DNA of 53,065 nucleotides from an uncultured Lichenihabitans sp. Lineage in GTDB: Bacteria; Pseudomonadota; Alphaproteobacteria; Rhizobiales; Beijerinckiaceae. A program made the translations under genes and the position numbers. The notes under the pieces are model-generated. The model was not told the origin of the DNA and ran no database searches. It saw only the letters and a list, made by a program, of their open reading frames with translations. Below are positions 27,516 to 37,354 of the stretch, in pieces. Location of the stretch: positions 1-53,065 of the forward strand of contig CAXUCF010000001.1 in assembly GCA_964249275.1 (NCBI GenBank), written 5' to 3'. Position 1 is the first letter of the stretch, and every line of letters starts with the position of its first letter.

Positions 27516-29027
27516 GTGACGCGCGCCGCTGATGGTCACGAACGCAGGGTCCTTCTCCACGCCAAAGGCGTTGGGAAGTCCTTCGTAGGCAACAGGGTGC
27601 TGGCGGACGTCGATCTCGAGGTTCGGTCCGGCGAGGTCCACGCCGTCGTCGGGGAGAACGGGGCCGGCAAGTCCACCCTGATCAAGATCCTGGGCGGCGT
27701 CCACCAGCCCGATATGGGTGATGTGATCGTCGACGGCGTTCCCCGGCGCCTCCGCTCGCCGCGCGACGCGTTCGCGGCGGGAATCGTGGTCATCCACCAG
27801 GAACTCTCGCTCGCGCCCGACCTTTCGGCCGAAGAGAACATCTTCCTCGGCCGCTTTCCCCGCACGGCCTTCGGTACCGTCGACCGACGGACCATCCGCA
27901 AGCGCGCCGCCGCTCTCTTCGCGCAACTCGCCATCGCGATCGAGCCCGATCGCCCGATCGGCACCCTGAGCATCGCGCAGCAGCAGATGGTGGAAATCGC
28001 CAAGGCGATCTCGGTCGACGCTCGCGTGCTTGTGCTGGACGAACCCACGGCGGTTCTCGACGAGCAGCGGGTCGCCACGCTGTTCGGCACCGTCGAGCGC
28101 CTGCGCGGCCAGGAGCTCGGCGTCGTCTTCATCTCGCATCATCTCGAGGAGATCTTTCGCATCGCCGATTGGGTCACGGTGCTGCGCGACGGGCGCGTGA
28201 CCGGCAGCGCCAGGGTGGCCGACATCGACCAGGACTGGCTGGTCGGCCGCATGATCGGCCGCGATTTTCTGGCTCATTCCCCGCATGTCCGTGCTGCCGG
28301 ACGTCCCGCGCTCGCGATCCAAGGTCTGTCCGTGCCCGGCGAGTTCACGGACGTCAGTCTCGCGGTCGGTGAGGGCGAGATCGTCGGGCTGGCGGGCCTT
28401 GTCGGCGCGGGCCGCACCGAGGTCGCCCGCGCCATCGTCGGCCTGAGCCGCCCGAGCGCCGGGCACGTCACGCTGTTCGGCGCATCGGTGACGATCCGCA
28501 ATCCCAACAAGGCGGCGCGCCTCGGCATCGCCTACGTCACCGAGGATCGCAAGACGCAAGGGCTGCTGCCGAACCGCTCCGTGCGCGAGAACGCCACGAT
28601 CTCCAACCTGCGCCGCTTCGCGACCGCCGGCATCCTCCGGCTCGGCGCGGAGTCTGGTTACGTCCGGAAACTGATCAGGAGCCTCGATGTCCGCCTCGCC
28701 GGGCCGCGCGTCGAAATCCGCACGCTCAGCGGCGGCAACCAGCAGAAGGTGCTGATCGGTCGGGCGCTGACGGTCGGCCCTCGGATCCTGATCCTGGACG
28801 AGCCGACCCGAGGCGTCGACATCGGGGCCAAGCAGGAGATTTACGCCTTGATCGAACGGCTTGTCGGCGAGGGGATGGCGGTGCTCTTGATCTCCTCCGA
28901 AATGGAGGAGGTGTTGCGTCTCGCCGACAGAGTCGTGGTGCTGCGGCGCGGTCGCGTCGCCGCCACGCTCGCACGGGCTGAGGCCACGGAAAACGCCATC
29001 ATGAAAGCCGCCGCCCTTGCCGCCTGA
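27516..29027 (+). CDS. Sugar ABC transporter ATP-binding protein (RbsA-like, two NBDs)
   Basis: GENGAGKST, LDEPTA, LSGGNQQK, LDEPTRGVD. Confidence 0.95.
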   Translation: MTRAADGHERRVLLHAKGVGKSFVGNRVLADVDLEVRSGEVHAVVGENGAGKSTLIKILGGVHQPDMGDVIVDGVPRRLRSPRDAFAAGIVVIHQELSLAPDLSAEENIFLGRFPRTAFGTVDRRTIRKRAAALFAQLAIAIEPDRPIGTLSIAQQQMVEIAKAISVDARVLVLDEPTAVLDEQRVATLFGTVERLRGQELGVVFISHHLEEIFRIADWVTVLRDGRVTGSARVADIDQDWLVGRMIGRDFLAHSPHVRAAGRPALAIQGLSVPGEFTDVSLAVGEGEIVGLAGLVGAGRTEVARAIVGLSRPSAGHVTLFGASVTIRNPNKAARLGIAYVTEDRKTQGLLPNRSVRENATISNLRRFATAGILRLGAESGYVRKLIRSLDVRLAGPRVEIRTLSGGNQQKVLIGRALTVGPRILILDEPTRGVDIGAKQEIYALIERLVGEGMAVLLISSEMEEVLRLADRVVVLRRGRVAATLARAEATENAIMKAAALAA

Positions 29028-29982
29028 GGGGCTCACGGTGCCCAGCCCGCGCCGCCACCTTGCCACACTGACCCGCGGGTGGCAGCGCGTGGGCGTCCTG
29101 GCCGCCCTGATGCTGCTCGTCATCGCGGCCTCTTTCCTCTCGCCGCGCTTCCTCTCCGTGCCGAACCTGCTCAACGTGCTGCGGCAGGTCTCGATCGTCG
29201 GCATCCTGGCCACTGGCATGACCTTCGTCATCCTGACGCGGGGCATCGACCTGTCGGTCGGCTCCATCCTCGGCGTCGCCGTGGTGCTCTTCGCAGGCTC
29301 CATGGACAGCCGCGGTATGGCGGTCGCGATCCCACTGGGTCTCGGCGCGGCGGCGCTGGCCGGCCTCGTCAACGGCGTCGGCATCGCCTATGCGGGCCTG
29401 CCGGCTTTCATCATGACGCTCGGCATGCTGTCCTTCGTGCGCGGGCTCGCCTTCATCAAGACCGGCGGCACGCCGGTTCCGATCATCAGCGAAGACTTCT
29501 ACGCGCTCGGCAATGGCTATCTGCTCGGCATTCCGATCCCGGCCCTGATCCTGCTGGCGGCCTTGATCGTGAGCGGCCTCATCTTGGGACTGACTCCGTT
29601 CGGACGCTCGGTCTACGCGATCGGGTCGAACGAGGAGGCCGCCCGCCTGTCGGGCGTTCCGGTACGGCTCTATAAGACGATCGTCTATGTAATCTCGGGC
29701 CTGATGTCGGGCCTCGCTGGGCTCGTCTATGCATCCCAGCTCAGCATCGGCACGCCGATCGCCGGCCAGGGTTATGAACTCGACGCCATCGCGGCCGTGG
29801 TGGTCGGGGGCACGTCGCTCTTCGGCGGCAAAGGTTCGGTCGCCGGCACGTTCCTCGGCACGCTGATCATCGGCGTCTTGGCCAACATCCTCAATCTCAC
29901 CGGTGTCGATCCCTTCGTGCAGCAATTATTCAAGGGAGCGCTCATCATCGTCGCTGTGTTCATCATGAGCCGCCGCACGTGA
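29017..29982 (+). CDS. Sugar ABC transporter permease (RbsC-like)
   Basis: GIDLSVGS, PAFIMTLG, GSNEEAARLSG, YELDAIAAVVVGGTSL.GG. Confidence 0.95.
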   Translation: MPPEGLTVPSPRRHLATLTRGWQRVGVLAALMLLVIAASFLSPRFLSVPNLLNVLRQVSIVGILATGMTFVILTRGIDLSVGSILGVAVVLFAGSMDSRGMAVAIPLGLGAAALAGLVNGVGIAYAGLPAFIMTLGMLSFVRGLAFIKTGGTPVPIISEDFYALGNGYLLGIPIPALILLAALIVSGLILGLTPFGRSVYAIGSNEEAARLSGVPVRLYKTIVYVISGLMSGLAGLVYASQLSIGTPIAGQGYELDAIAAVVVGGTSLFGGKGSVAGTFLGTLIIGVLANILNLTGVDPFVQQLFKGALIIVAVFIMSRRT

Positions 29983-31163
29983 GCGGTCTCGACGACCTCA
30001 TTCCGGCGCTGCATGCTCTCAAAGAGGACGTCGATCGGCACGTCACGCGGGAGCGCGTGCGGCGCTATCTCTCCGCCCTCATCGACACGCCCGCGCCTTC
30101 GACCTTCGCCGCCGCCATGCGGTTTCCGGTGCTTCACCGCCTCCTTGCCGAGGATGACGCGCTGGAGGATGGAAGCCTCCACCTTCAAGGCGACTACGCC
30201 CACACCGGCAGCCCGGTGATCCTCACGGGCTCGGCGGAGCCCACGAAGCCGCTCTGGTACTTCGCCCACCTCGACACCATCAGCTATCTGGTCCAGCCGG
30301 GCGACGGCGCCACCTATCCGCTCGTGCCCTTCTGCGCCCACATGATCGCGGATGGGGTGCGCGCCGCGCGGGCCTATCGCTATGACCTGGGCCTGAATGC
30401 GTTCCGCCCCGTGGCCGAAGGACTGCTCGTGTCGCGGAGCGGAACGCCGACGTTTCAACCCGAGCGCTCCGCCTCGCCGCTGGGGCCTGGGGACCGCGTC
30501 GCCATGGTGTCGGCTTACCGCGAGAGTCCTGCGTCCGGCCTTTTCACCGGACCAATGGACAATGCGGGCGGGGTCGCGGCCTTGGCGGTCGCTGCACCCG
30601 TCCTGGCACAGGCCGGAATCGAGGCCCTGCTGGCTTTTCCGGATGAGGAGGAAGGGCCGGTCGCGCCCGGTAACCAGATGATGGGACGCGGCGGCAGCCG
30701 CCTGATCGGACTCCTGCCTGCGCCCGAACTGGCGATCGTGGCCGATGTCCAGCAAGGCGGCGGCGACCCCGACGCGGACACGCGGGGCGGCATCGTCAAC
30801 TCCGCGCGGCTTGGAGAAGGGGCCGTCCTGGCCGAGTTCGCCAGCCTGGGCCGCGGGGCCGTGACGCCCCCCGACCTCTATGTGTTGGCCCGCCACATGG
30901 CCGAGTTGCTCGGCGATTTCGGCGTCCGCATCCAGGAATCCAACAATTCCTACTCGTCGCGCAGCGACGATGTGAGCGTCATGCTCAAGACGCCGAACAT
31001 CCTGCTTCTCGGCTTCCCCGGCTTGAACCGCCACTATGATCGGGGCGAACCGCGCGCCCATCTCGACGATGTGGTTCACCTCGCCAAAGCGCTCGTCTAC
31101 GTGGCGGCGTTACGGCCCGTGTTCACGGCGCGCCGTCGGGCGCTCCTCGCAGGTGAGCCATGA
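29979..31163 (+). CDS. Divergent M42/M20/M28-fold metallohydrolase
   Basis: YFAHLDT, GPMDNAGG, PDEEEG, IVADV and a C-terminal NRH match the order of metal ligands in M42-type (FrvX/SgcX-like) hydrolases. Confidence 0.65.
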   Translation: MSGLDDLIPALHALKEDVDRHVTRERVRRYLSALIDTPAPSTFAAAMRFPVLHRLLAEDDALEDGSLHLQGDYAHTGSPVILTGSAEPTKPLWYFAHLDTISYLVQPGDGATYPLVPFCAHMIADGVRAARAYRYDLGLNAFRPVAEGLLVSRSGTPTFQPERSASPLGPGDRVAMVSAYRESPASGLFTGPMDNAGGVAALAVAAPVLAQAGIEALLAFPDEEEGPVAPGNQMMGRGGSRLIGLLPAPELAIVADVQQGGGDPDADTRGGIVNSARLGEGAVLAEFASLGRGAVTPPDLYVLARHMAELLGDFGVRIQESNNSYSSRSDDVSVMLKTPNILLLGFPGLNRHYDRGEPRAHLDDVVHLAKALVYVAALRPVFTARRRALLAGEP

Positions 31164-32083
31164 TGGACGTTGTGACGGTCGGCTGGCTCACGATGGACGA
31201 CATCGTGCTGACCGACCATCGTTGCCGCCCGAACGTGCTGGGTGGTGGCGCCCTCTATTCCGCGGTCGGCGCGCAGATCTGGGCCGCCCAGGTCGGCATC
31301 CATTCGGTGACCGGACGGCCGTTCCTTGACGGCGTGCGGGACGCGATCGGACGGCGCGGCCTCGACACCGCAGGCATCGGCTCGATCGAGGGTAACGGCC
31401 TGCAGCTCTGGCTGTTGCACGAAAGCAAGACCAACAAGCAGCAGGTGCCGAAACTCACGTCCTCCAGCGCCGACGAGATGGACCGAGGCCGAGGCCCGAT
31501 GCCAGCGGCCTATGCGCAGGCGCGAGGATTTCACATCGCGCCCCAAAGCCCGGTCGGCTCGATCGACAACGCTGCGCGTCTGCACGGCATGCCGGGCCGT
31601 CCCGTGGTTACGCTCGATCTCCTCTCCGACGCCTTCATCGATCGAAGGCTCTATGCCGACCTGGGGTTCCTCGACGCCGTGACTGCGTTTCTGCCCAGCG
31701 AGGCCGAGATCACGCGGATTTGGGATCCGCCCGATGTTCAGGATTGGCTCCGCCGCCATGCAGCGAAGTACGGCTGTCACATCGGAGTCAAGCTGGGCGA
31801 GCAAGGCTCGATGGTGTGCGACGCCCAGAGCGGAGCCCTGACCCATGTCCCGGCCTTCCCGACCCAAGTCGTCGACACCACGGGCGCGGGCGACGGCTAT
31901 TGTGGCGGCTTCCTGGCCGGACTCGTCGCCGGCCGACCCCTCACGGAATGCGCCGCCATGGGAACGGTTTCGGCTTCCTATGTGGTCGAGGCTTGCGGTG
32001 CGCTGGAAACGGAGCGGCCCCACCCGGTAGAACGGGACGCACGGCTTCGGTCCGTGTTGGATGGAATCTCGTCGGTCGGTTGA
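31160..32083 (+). CDS. PfkB-family carbohydrate kinase
   Basis: LGGGALYSA, VKLGEQGS, VVDTTGAGDGYCGGF. Confidence 0.92.
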   Translation: MMDVVTVGWLTMDDIVLTDHRCRPNVLGGGALYSAVGAQIWAAQVGIHSVTGRPFLDGVRDAIGRRGLDTAGIGSIEGNGLQLWLLHESKTNKQQVPKLTSSSADEMDRGRGPMPAAYAQARGFHIAPQSPVGSIDNAARLHGMPGRPVVTLDLLSDAFIDRRLYADLGFLDAVTAFLPSEAEITRIWDPPDVQDWLRRHAAKYGCHIGVKLGEQGSMVCDAQSGALTHVPAFPTQVVDTTGAGDGYCGGFLAGLVAGRPLTECAAMGTVSASYVVEACGALETERPHPVERDARLRSVLDGISSVG

Positions 32084-32087
32084 CCCA

Positions 32088-33041
32088 CTACCTCATTTGG
32101 GCCGACAAGCGATCGATTAACAGAACGACGATCAGCAGGGCGCCGACGATGCCGACCTGCCATACGCTGTTCACGTTAAGCTGCAGCAACCCCGTCTGCA
32201 GCGTGACGAGCAGCACCACGGCGGCCAGCACGCCGGCGAGGCCGCCCCTACCGCCGAAGATGCCGATTCCCCCGAGCATCGCGGCCGTCAGCGACGTGAG
32301 TTCGAGGTTTTGGCCGATGTTCGGGCGCCCGCTACCGAGCCACGCCAATGATACCAAGGCCGCCAGACCGGCCAAGAGGCCACTCACCGCGTAGGCGATG
32401 AACCTGACGCGGTCGACCGGGATGCCGACGAGCCGGGCCGCTCGTTCGTTGTGACCGAGCGCATAGATCCACCGGCCCCAGGAGGTGGTGGCGAGCACCA
32501 TTCCCGCAACGAAGAAGGCCGGCAGGGCCAGGGTGAGAAAGGGAAGCGGCAACCCACCGACGACGCCCCGCCCCCAAGGAATGAGCCACGTCGGCACGCC
32601 ACCCTGGGCCGCGCCATTGGTGAGCGCCAGCGCCAGCCCCGAATAGGCATAGAACGTGGCGAGCGTGGCGATCAAGGGCAGGATGCGCAACCGCGTCACG
32701 ATCGCGCCATTGAGGGCGCCGAGCCCGACCCCGAGCAGCAGGCAGACCGGGGGCACGAGCCAGGCTGGCATGCCCGCCCGAGAGGCCATGAGGGTCGCGA
32801 CGCCCGACAGCGAGGCGATCCCGCCGACCGAGAGGTCTATGCCAGCCCCACCGCAGAGCACGACGAGGCTCTGGCCGAGCGCCACAAGCGCCAGCAGGGT
32901 GGAAAACTGCAGCACGGTCGTGACCGTCTCCGCCGCGAAGGCGCCGGGCCTGAGAACCAGCAACCCAGTCACGACCACGGCCCAGAGAAGGCCTAGAATG
33001 ACCAAGGTTGGTGATCGGCCCGGCCGCGCGAGGGTGCTCAT
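32088..33041 (-). CDS. Sugar ABC transporter permease (LsrD/RhaQ-like)
   Basis: GIDLSVG, PLIATLAT, GHNERAARLVG, ITAA-like LTAAMLGG..IFGGRG. Confidence 0.92.
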   Translation of the reverse strand: MSTLARPGRSPTLVILGLLWAVVVTGLLVLRPGAFAAETVTTVLQFSTLLALVALGQSLVVLCGGAGIDLSVGGIASLSGVATLMASRAGMPAWLVPPVCLLLGVGLGALNGAIVTRLRILPLIATLATFYAYSGLALALTNGAAQGGVPTWLIPWGRGVVGGLPLPFLTLALPAFFVAGMVLATTSWGRWIYALGHNERAARLVGIPVDRVRFIAYAVSGLLAGLAALVSLAWLGSGRPNIGQNLELTSLTAAMLGGIGIFGGRGGLAGVLAAVVLLVTLQTGLLQLNVNSVWQVGIVGALLIVVLLIDRLSAQMR

Positions 33042-34009
33042 GTCGCTCCGGCTCGCGGAAAAAGCCCTAGGCGTCCCTGCGCGGCTTCAAGACCCAACAC
33101 GCTCAGCAGAAGGATGCCCGTGACGACAGACTGCCAAAGCGAGGGCACCCCGACCAGGAGAAGACCGTTCTGAACCAGCCGCAGCAGAACGACGCCGAGC
33201 GCGGTGCCGAGCAGGCTGCATGATCCTCCCGTCACGGCCGTACCGCCGAGCACCGCGGCGGCGATCGCCTCGAGCGCCAGGGTGCCACCGACCGTGGTAG
33301 CGACGTTGCGGTAGGTGGCTACGTAAAACGCGGCGCCGAGGCCGCAGAGCACGCCATTGAGCACGAAGGTGATGAAGCGGGTACGGACCACCGCGACGCC
33401 CGAAAGCCGGGCGCGCTCTTCGGCATTGCCGATGCTCAGGAGATGGATTCCGAACGGCATGCGGCGAAGCGCCGTCCAGATCAGGGCGTAAGTCGCGCCG
33501 ATCACGTGCAGCGCGATCGGAATGCCGCCGGGCTTCGCACTCAGGAGATCCGTCAGTCCGACGGGGAGGCCGGACAGCCAGGACCCGCCGAGGACGAGGA
33601 AAATCGCCGCCCGGTAGACCCCCAGCAGGCCCAGCGTCCCCACGATGGCGGGAACGCCGCCCAGGACCACGACGGTACCGGTCGCGAGCCCGAGCGCGCC
33701 GCCGACCAGCGGCCCGGCAAGCGCGGCGAGGACCGGCGGCCAACCGGCAAGCAGAAGGTGCCCGATCGCGACGGCGGCGAGGCCCATGACCATGCCGACC
33801 GACACGTCGATGCTGCCCATCGCGAGCAGAAGCGTCATGCCGAGGCTGACCAGCATGAGTTCGTTGCTGTTGCGCAGCACGCTCAGGAGATTGTCCGTGG
33901 TGGCGAAATTGGGTGCCGCGACCGTGAAGACGGTCACGGCGACAAGGCAGGCGGCGAGCAGCAACGGCTCGCGCGCCGGGCCGATTGACGGAAGGGTCCC
34001 CGAGAGCAC
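33038..34009 (-). CDS. Sugar ABC transporter permease (LsrC/RhaP-like)
   Basis: IDVSVG, VPAIVGTLG, IGNAEERARLSG, AIAAAVLGG. Likely GTG start at 34009, just after the SBP stop. Confidence 0.9.
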   Translation of the reverse strand: MLSGTLPSIGPAREPLLLAACLVAVTVFTVAAPNFATTDNLLSVLRNSNELMLVSLGMTLLLAMGSIDVSVGMVMGLAAVAIGHLLLAGWPPVLAALAGPLVGGALGLATGTVVVLGGVPAIVGTLGLLGVYRAAIFLVLGGSWLSGLPVGLTDLLSAKPGGIPIALHVIGATYALIWTALRRMPFGIHLLSIGNAEERARLSGVAVVRTRFITFVLNGVLCGLGAAFYVATYRNVATTVGGTLALEAIAAAVLGGTAVTGGSCSLLGTALGVVLLRLVQNGLLLVGVPSLWQSVVTGILLLSVLGLEAAQGRLGLFPRAGAT

Positions 34010-34019
34010 CGAAGCCCGG

Positions 34020-35012
34020 TCAGAACTTGTACTTGTCGACGTTCTCGGCCGTGAAGACCGCCGGGGCTCCGAGAAGCAGCACGCCCGTTCCCTTGTCATA
34101 GGTCACCGGATGGTCGAGGCCAGGCACGGTGTTGCTCGTCGCGAAAGGCTTGCCGTCGATCAATTGCTTGCCAGCCCACACGGTGAGGTAGCCGAGTTCA
34201 GAAGGGTCCCACAGGACACTGAAGCCGAAGGCACCGCTCTTGAGATAATTGCGCGCCGTGTTGGGGCTGCAATAGCCTGTGCCGATCACCTTGCCGATCC
34301 TGCCCGCGGTCTCGATCGCCTGGGCCACACCGGGGCAGGTCGTGGAGGCCACGCCGATGATGGCCTTAAGGTCGGGGTTGGCCGTCATAAGATCGCTGGC
34401 GACCTGTGCCGCCCGCTCCGCCGTGCCGCCGGCATATTGCGGCGCCAGCAGCGTCAACTTGGGATATTTATCCTTGGCGCGTTGCTGCATGAAGCCGATC
34501 CAGGCATTGAGGTTGGACGCCGTCGCTTCCCCGGATACGATCCCGACCTTGGCGTCGGACCCGACGCGCTTGACCAGTTCGTCGACGATCGCGAAGCCGA
34601 GGCCCTCGTCGGTCGCCTGGGCCACGTAGACCGCCCGTCCCGACTTCGGGGCATCGCTGTCGGCCGTGAAGAGCGTCACGCCCTTGGCCTTGGCGGCTTC
34701 CACCACCGGCGCGATGCTGGACGCGTCGAGCACACTGACCGACACCGCGCCGACGCCCTGGTTGACGAGGTTCTGCACGATCTGGAGCTGATCCAGCGGA
34801 TTGGTGTCGACCGGCCCACTGTAGATGAATTTCACCCCCAGCGCTTCCGCGGCTTTCTTGCCGCCAGCCTCCATGGCGTCGAAGTAAGGGATGCCAATGA
34901 GCTGCGGCACGAAGGCCACGGTGTTGTGCTCGTCGGCTGAACGCGCCGGAACGGAAGCCAGGGTCAGGAGAGCGGCACCCGCCAACAGGGCGCCGAGCTG
35001 TTTCAGCATCAT
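34020..35012 (-). CDS. LsrB/RhaS-like sugar ABC substrate-binding protein
   Basis: Signal peptide; AFVPQLIGIPYF, TADSD, SVLWDPSELGYL. Start ATG 35012 or 35009. Confidence 0.9.
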   Translation of the reverse strand: MMLKQLGALLAGAALLTLASVPARSADEHNTVAFVPQLIGIPYFDAMEAGGKKAAEALGVKFIYSGPVDTNPLDQLQIVQNLVNQGVGAVSVSVLDASSIAPVVEAAKAKGVTLFTADSDAPKSGRAVYVAQATDEGLGFAIVDELVKRVGSDAKVGIVSGEATASNLNAWIGFMQQRAKDKYPKLTLLAPQYAGGTAERAAQVASDLMTANPDLKAIIGVASTTCPGVAQAIETAGRIGKVIGTGYCSPNTARNYLKSGAFGFSVLWDPSELGYLTVWAGKQLIDGKPFATSNTVPGLDHPVTYDKGTGVLLLGAPAVFTAENVDKYKF

Positions 35013-35043
35013 CGGTTCAGTCCTTCGTCTCGGCGCGCTTTGA

Positions 35044-35829
35044 TCATTCGATCGCCTCGAGCGCCCGCGCGTCGGGATGGGCACCCGTGATGAGGGACAC
35101 GATTTCTTCCGAGGTGGTGTCGTGCCGCCGCCGCTCCGCGATCTTGCGGCCGCGTCGGAATACCACCATGCGGTCGGCGACCTCGAAAACGTCGACGAGA
35201 TTGTGAGAGATGATCACCACGGCGCAACCGCGCTCCGCGAGCCGCCGCGCCAGGCTGAGGACCTTGCGCGTCTCGGCCACCGCCAGCGCAGCCGTCGGCT
35301 CGTCCATGATGACGAGGCGCGCCTCGAGGTTGAGAGCGCGGCAGATCGCGACGGCCTGGCGCTGGCCGCCCGACAGGCTGCCGACGGGCGCGTCCGGGTC
35401 CGTGATATGGGCATCGAGCTCGCGCAGAAGCGCGGCGACCTGGGTCTTCATCGCGGTGCGGCGAAGGAACGGGAGACCTGCCACCCGGGTAACCAGCTCG
35501 CGACCCAGAAAGACGTTTTCGGCGATCGACAGATTCTCCGACAGCGCCAGTTCCTGAAAAATCGTTGCGATGCCGTGATCCGATGCCTCTTGAGGAGACG
35601 CGAAGGCCACCGGCTTGCCATCGAGCACGAGTTCCCCGCCGCTGGGCTGATGGGCACCCGCCAGGATCTTGATGAAGGTCGATTTGCCGGCGCCATTGTC
35701 CCCCAGCAAAGCCAGCACCTCACCGGCCCGGATGTCGAGGTCGACGTCCGAAAGGGCCTTGAGTGCCCCAAAGCGCTTCGACACGCCTCGCGCCGCCACC
35801 AGGGGATGAGCCGACACAGGCGCCCGCAT
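35044..35829 (-). CDS. Sugar ABC transporter ATP-binding protein (single NBD)
   Basis: GDNGAGKST, LSGGQRQ, MDEPTAAL. Confidence 0.95.
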   Translation of the reverse strand: MRAPVSAHPLVAARGVSKRFGALKALSDVDLDIRAGEVLALLGDNGAGKSTFIKILAGAHQPSGGELVLDGKPVAFASPQEASDHGIATIFQELALSENLSIAENVFLGRELVTRVAGLPFLRRTAMKTQVAALLRELDAHITDPDAPVGSLSGGQRQAVAICRALNLEARLVIMDEPTAALAVAETRKVLSLARRLAERGCAVVIISHNLVDVFEVADRMVVFRRGRKIAERRRHDTTSEEIVSLITGAHPDARALEAIE

Positions 35830-36491
35830 TAGACGGCGGGTTCCGTGGACTCGAAGGGCGCGTGGTGAAAGGCGATTTCAAGATCCAGCGCCCGGCCGAA
35901 AAGCGTCGATAGATGGCGGCGCCTGTCTTCGCTCAAACCATCGCACGCGTCGATCTGACCTCGAAGCCATTCGGACTGGGCATGAAAGGCCGGCTCGGCA
36001 TGGAGGTCCACCCAGTGTTTCAGCTCGGGGTTCGAGATCGCGCCCCTCGCGGCCCTTTCGCACCAGGTCCCATACATCCACTCGGCCGCCATCATGATCA
36101 CGACGCCGTCGAGATAGTCGCCGTCCCGTGCGACCTCGAGCATGCCCTCGCGGAACGCCGGAACGCTGCGCGGCGGGACCTGCGCGCGATCGGCCGGCGT
36201 GATCTCGAGGGCCGCGAAGGTGCGTTCGAAATAGCCGATCTGTTCGCTCGCGAGCGCCTGGAGCACACCCGCGAGCCACCGCCGCTCGGCGAGACCCGGC
36301 GCCTTCACCAGCATGTGCCCGAAGATCAGCATAGCGGTCTCGACGAAGTCGCACTCGTAAACCAAGTAGGCCTTGAAGACGTCCGGCGGCAGGGCGTCGC
36401 GCTCGATCTCGGCCACGAAGCGATGCGCCTGCATGGCGTCCCAGGAGGTGGCGTTGCTGGCCCGAATGGCGTCGGAGAACCGACCACTCAT
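35829..36491 (-). CDS. TenA/THI-4 family protein (TenA_E type)
   Basis: WDAMQAHRFV..I....LP...F..YLV.E..FV, AEWMY..W, WVDLH, F.....LE..F. ATG 36491 overlaps the btpA stop. Confidence 0.85.
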   Translation of the reverse strand: MSGRFSDAIRASNATSWDAMQAHRFVAEIERDALPPDVFKAYLVYECDFVETAMLIFGHMLVKAPGLAERRWLAGVLQALASEQIGYFERTFAALEITPADRAQVPPRSVPAFREGMLEVARDGDYLDGVVIMMAAEWMYGTWCERAARGAISNPELKHWVDLHAEPAFHAQSEWLRGQIDACDGLSEDRRRHLSTLFGRALDLEIAFHHAPFESTEPAV

Positions 36492-37354
36492 CGGTGTGGC
36501 TCCGCCTCGCGGAGCTTTTGGCGGAGAGCCCGGACCCGCACCATGAAGGTTTTCACGCGCGCGATGTCGACACGGTTCCACCAAACGCCGCCCTCCTTGA
36601 GGGCGCTCGCGACGATGACGCCGTCGACCAGCGGCAGAATGGTGTCGACGTTGGCGTGGCTGACGCCGCTCCCAACCAGCACCGGCAGGGCGGTTCCGGC
36701 GCGCACCGTCCCGATTTCCTCCGTCGTCGCCGCGTCGCCCGTGCGTTGGCCCGTCGCGATCACGGCATCGGCATCGAAGAACTCCACGTCGCGCACGAGT
36801 TCGCCGATCGAGCGATCAGCCACGATCGCGTGAGCGCCGTGCTTGACGTGGGCGTCCGCGAAGATCGCGACATCCCGGGCACCGATCTTGGCCCGGTAGC
36901 GCAATGCGCGGGCGGCCTCGCCTTCGACGAAACCTTCATTGGCCACATAGGCGTTCGCCCATTGATTGACCCGAACGAAGCGCGCGCCACTGGCTTTGGC
37001 GACCGCGAGGGCTGGAATAGCCCCGTTGGCCAGTACATTGATGCCGAGCGGCAGAGGCAAGGCCTGGGCGACCCGATCGGTGATCACGGCAAGGCTGGCG
37101 CTGGTTTCCGGTCCGATGTCATCAGGTTTCAGGAAAGGAATATCACCGTGATTTTCGATAATGAGTCCATCGACGCCCCCCTCGGCATAGGCTTTAGCAT
37201 CATCGATCGCGATTTGCAGCGTCGCGCTAAAGCTTTCCCCTAGATGACGTGGGGAACCAGGCAGAGGAGGACAGTGAACAACACCAATGATTGCTCCCTT
37301 TACGCTGAAGATCGTGTCGATTGCATTTGTCTTGTGTTGAGTTATAGCCGACAG
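36488..37354 (-). CDS. BtpA/SgcQ-family protein (copy 2), apparent CTG start
   Basis: The frame stays open upstream of the ORF-track start: LSAITQHKTNAIDTIFSVKGAIIGVVHCPPLPGSP...GGVDGLIIENHGDIPF. AGGAGG lies 5 nt before CTG at 37354, and an in-frame TAG lies just upstream. Confidence 0.88.
   Translation of the reverse strand: MSAITQHKTNAIDTIFSVKGAIIGVVHCPPLPGSPRHLGESFSATLQIAIDDAKAYAEGGVDGLIIENHGDIPFLKPDDIGPETSASLAVITDRVAQALPLPLGINVLANGAIPALAVAKASGARFVRVNQWANAYVANEGFVEGEAARALRYRAKIGARDVAIFADAHVKHGAHAIVADRSIGELVRDVEFFDADAVIATGQRTGDAATTEEIGTVRAGTALPVLVGSGVSHANVDTILPLVDGVIVASALKEGGVWWNRVDIARVKTFMVRVRALRQKLREAEPHR

Noticed and set aside
27324-29384. Long antisense or alternate-frame ORFs (e.g. 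686 aa here, 687 aa at 8722-10785, 476 aa at 23872-25302)
   Set aside because: Shadow ORFs expected in high-GC coding DNA; no recognisable motifs.
34020-35012. AI-2 quorum-sensing (Lsr) import system
   Set aside because: The fold is LsrB-like, but the AI-2-binding positions differ (PQL for PKL, SNL for TDQ, GVAS for APDA) and no lsrK/F/G/R is present. More likely another sugar.
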